From: Mobula hypostoma
Lineage: Eukaryota
Length of the DNA stretch: 64,000 bases
Assembly (NCBI RefSeq): GCF_963921235.1
Contig: NC_086097.1
Location: 8,928,001 to 8,992,000, forward strand
Direction of reading: 5' to 3'
Each line of letters begins with the position of its first letter. The first letter of the stretch is position 1. The notes beneath the pieces are model-generated. The model made no database searches. It was not told the DNA's origin and saw nothing but the letters and a program-made list of their open reading frames with translations. Positions 61,525 through 64,000 of this stretch are shown piece by piece. The position numbers were made by a program, and so were the translations under genes.

Positions 61525-62422
61525 ACATAGAAACATAGAAACATAGAAAATAGGTGCAGGAGTAGGCCATTCGGCCCTTCGAGCCTGCACCGCCATTTAT
61601 TATGATCATGGCTGATCATCCAACTCAGAACCCCGCCCCAGCCTTCCCTCCATACCCCCTGACCCCTGTAGCCACAAGGGCCATATCTAACTCCCTCTTA
61701 AACATAGCCAATGAACTGGCCTCAACAGTTTGCTGTGGCAGAGAATTCCACAGATTCACCACTCTCTGTGTGAAGAAGTTTTTCCTAATCTCGGTCCTAA
61801 AAGGCTTCCCCTCTATCCTCAAACTGTGACCCCTCGTTCTGGACTTCCCCAACATCGGGAACAATCTTCCTGCATCCAGCCTGTCCAATCCCTTTAGGAT
61901 CTTATACGTTTCAATCAGATCCCCCCTCAATCTTCTAAATTCCAACGAGTACAAGCCCAGTTCATCCAGTCTTTCTTCATATGAAAGTCCTGCCATCCCA
62001 GGAATCAATCTGGTGAACCTTCTTTGTACTCCCTCTATGGCAAAGATGTCTTTCCTCAGATTAGGGGACCAAAACTGCACACAATACTCCAGGTGTGGTC
62101 TCACCAAGGCCTTGTACAACTGCAGTAGTACCTCCCTGCTCCTGTACTCGAATCCTCTCGCTATAAATGCCAGCATACCATTCGCCTTTTTCACCGCCTG
62201 CTGTACCTGCATGCCCACTTTCAATGACTGGTGTATAATGACACCCAGGTCTCGTTGCATCTCCCCTTTTCCTAATCGGCCACCATTCAGATAATAATCT
62301 GTTTTCCTATTTTTGCCACCAAAGTGGATAACTTCACATTTATCCACATTAAATTGCATCTGCCATGAGTTTGCCCACTCACCCAACCTATCCAAGTCAC
62401 CCTGCATCCTCTTAGCATCCTC
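61525..62422 (-). mobile_element. Young 5'-truncated CR1 with an uninterrupted 260-codon ORF2 C-terminus (61625-62407)
   Basis: WQMQFNVDKC...VRPHLEYCVQFWSP...RRLRGDLIETYK...FFTQRVVNLWNSLP; (ACATAGAA)n tail. Confidence 0.92.
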
Positions 62423-62810
62423 TAAGCTCTATTACATCTCATTAGAGAGGAGAAATGTGACAAGCAGTGCTAAACTAAACTAGAGATCTTTTTTCAGGGA
62501 GGCCATGGGTCACACAAATGGATCTTATGAGACTCAAGTTCAAATTCAAGTTTAACCATACATATATATATACCACCAAAAAGAAACAGTTTTCCTCCGC
62601 ACCAAGATGCACTGCACAGGACATGATCTTTCCTAGTGTCTGCTCTCGTGCCAACCCTGCCCGTAGCATTCCTTCTCTGCCTCCTGTCCCACACACCTCC
62701 CATAGTGCTCCACCCTCGCAGTTCCCAATATCCTGTACTCCCACCAGATTTTCAAACCCTGTCCCCTGCACCGCAGTACTGTGCAAAGGTCTTAGGCACC
62801 CTAGCTATAT

Positions 62811-63687
62811 ACAGCTCATTGCAGCCCAAAAGTTCTGTTTTTACTTCATCAGTCCACAGGACTTGTTTCCAAAATACATCAGGCTTGTTTAGATGTTCCT
62901 TTGAACCTTTTTAATAGAACTTTTTGGCCGCAATGAGCAAAGGTATGTTTGGAGAAAAAAGGGTGAAGAATTTCAGGAAAAGAACCCCTCTCTAAATGTT
63001 AAGCACGGGGGTGGATCGATCATACTTTGGGCTTGTGTTGCAGCCAGTAGCACGGGGAACATTTACCGGTAGAGGGAAGAATGAATTCAATTAAATACCA
63101 GCAAATTCTGGAAGCAAACATCACACTGTCTTTAAAAAAGCTGAAGATGAAAAGAGGATGGCTTCTACAACAGGATAATGAACCTAAACACATCTCAAAA
63201 TCCACAATGGACTACCTCAAGAGGCGCAAGCTGAAGGTTTTGCCATGGTCTTCACAGTCCCCTGACCTGAACATCATCGAAAATCTGTGGATAGACCTCA
63301 AAAGAGCAGTGCATGCATGACCACCCAAGAATTTCACAGAACTGGAAGCCTTTTGTAAGGGAGAATGGGCGAAAATCCTTTGAACAAGAACAGAAAGACT
63401 CTTAGCTGGCTACAAAAAGCATTTACAAGCTGTGATACTTGCCAAAGGGGGTGTTACTAAGTACTGACCATGCAGGGTGCCCAAACTTTTGCTTCAGGCC
63501 TTTTTCCTTTTTTGTTATTTTGAAACTGTAAAAGATGGAAATAAAAAAGTTTTCTTGCTTAAAATATTAAAGAAATATGTAATCTTTAACTTTATGCCTT
63601 TTGGAAATCAGTTCATCTTTTACTCGCATAGCTATTCACAGTAACAGAAATTTTGAGCAGGGGTGCCCAAACTTTTGCATGCCACTG
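62811..63687 (+). mobile_element. Tc1 transposon relic: DD34E transposase C-terminal part and right TIR
   Basis: VKHGGGSIILWAC, QQDNEPKH, WSSQSPDLNIIENLW (63081-63320). The direct repeat gggtgcccaaacttttgc at about 63475 and 63661 lies within the TIR, which ends GCCACTG|TA. Confidence 0.9.
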
Positions 63688-63689
63688 TA

Positions 63690-63950
63690 TATATATAGAG
63701 CAAAAAAAAGGGCAAATTAGAAAAAAAAATAGTGAGGTAGTGTCCATGGGTTCATTTTCCATTCCAAAATCTAATGGCAGAAGGAAAAAACTGTTACTGA
63801 AACACTCAGTGTGTGTCTTCAGTCTCCTGTACCTCCTCTTCCTTGGTAGCAATGAGAAGAGGGAATATCTGGGGTGATGTTGCCTTTTTGGGACATGGCC
63901 TTTTGAAGATGTCCTAGATGCAGTGGAGATTAGTACCCATGCTTTAAGCT
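63690..63950 (-). mobile_element. Rex1-type 3' fragment
   Basis: LPRKRRYRRLKTHTECFSNSFF (63613-63852). Confidence 0.7.
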
Positions 63951-64000
63951 ACCTGTACTTTAAGATGGGGCAAACATACACATTACGATTCCAGTTGTGG

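Noticed and set aside
1..64000. Prokaryotic-type systems (operons, CRISPR-Cas, retrons, defence islands)
   Set aside because: All RT and nuclease motifs belong to eukaryotic CR1, Rex1, RTE, PLE, Gypsy or Tc1 elements, and there is no gene-dense organisation.

Overview
This is eukaryotic, vertebrate-type DNA made almost entirely of nested transposable elements. The repeat mix (CR1 LINEs, Rex1/Babar LINEs, RTE LINEs, V-SINE-like and CORE-like tRNA SINEs, Penelope-like elements (PLE), Tc1/mariner, Gypsy relics) suggests a cartilaginous fish, probably a ray or skate; this is inference. I found no confidently identifiable host gene, rRNA, true tRNA or CRISPR array, only a few weak candidate exons. 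The most notable signal is a Neptune-type PLE family with reverse transcriptase (RT) and GIY-YIG endonuclease whose 3' repeat carries a minimal hammerhead ribozyme motif. The window holds two long copies and more than a dozen short derivatives, including 100-190 bp mini-insertions with 11-14 bp target-site duplications (TSDs) and near-perfect fold-back hairpins centred on the predicted cleavage site. Also present: a tRNA/CORE-like SINE sharing its 3' tail with an RTE LINE in the same window, a 214-bp identical tract between two otherwise diverged PLE copies, a four-level nested insertion, a Tc1 transposase with an internal inversion, and two divergently oriented Gypsy relics. Most boundaries were read by eye and are approximate unless a TSD is quoted.
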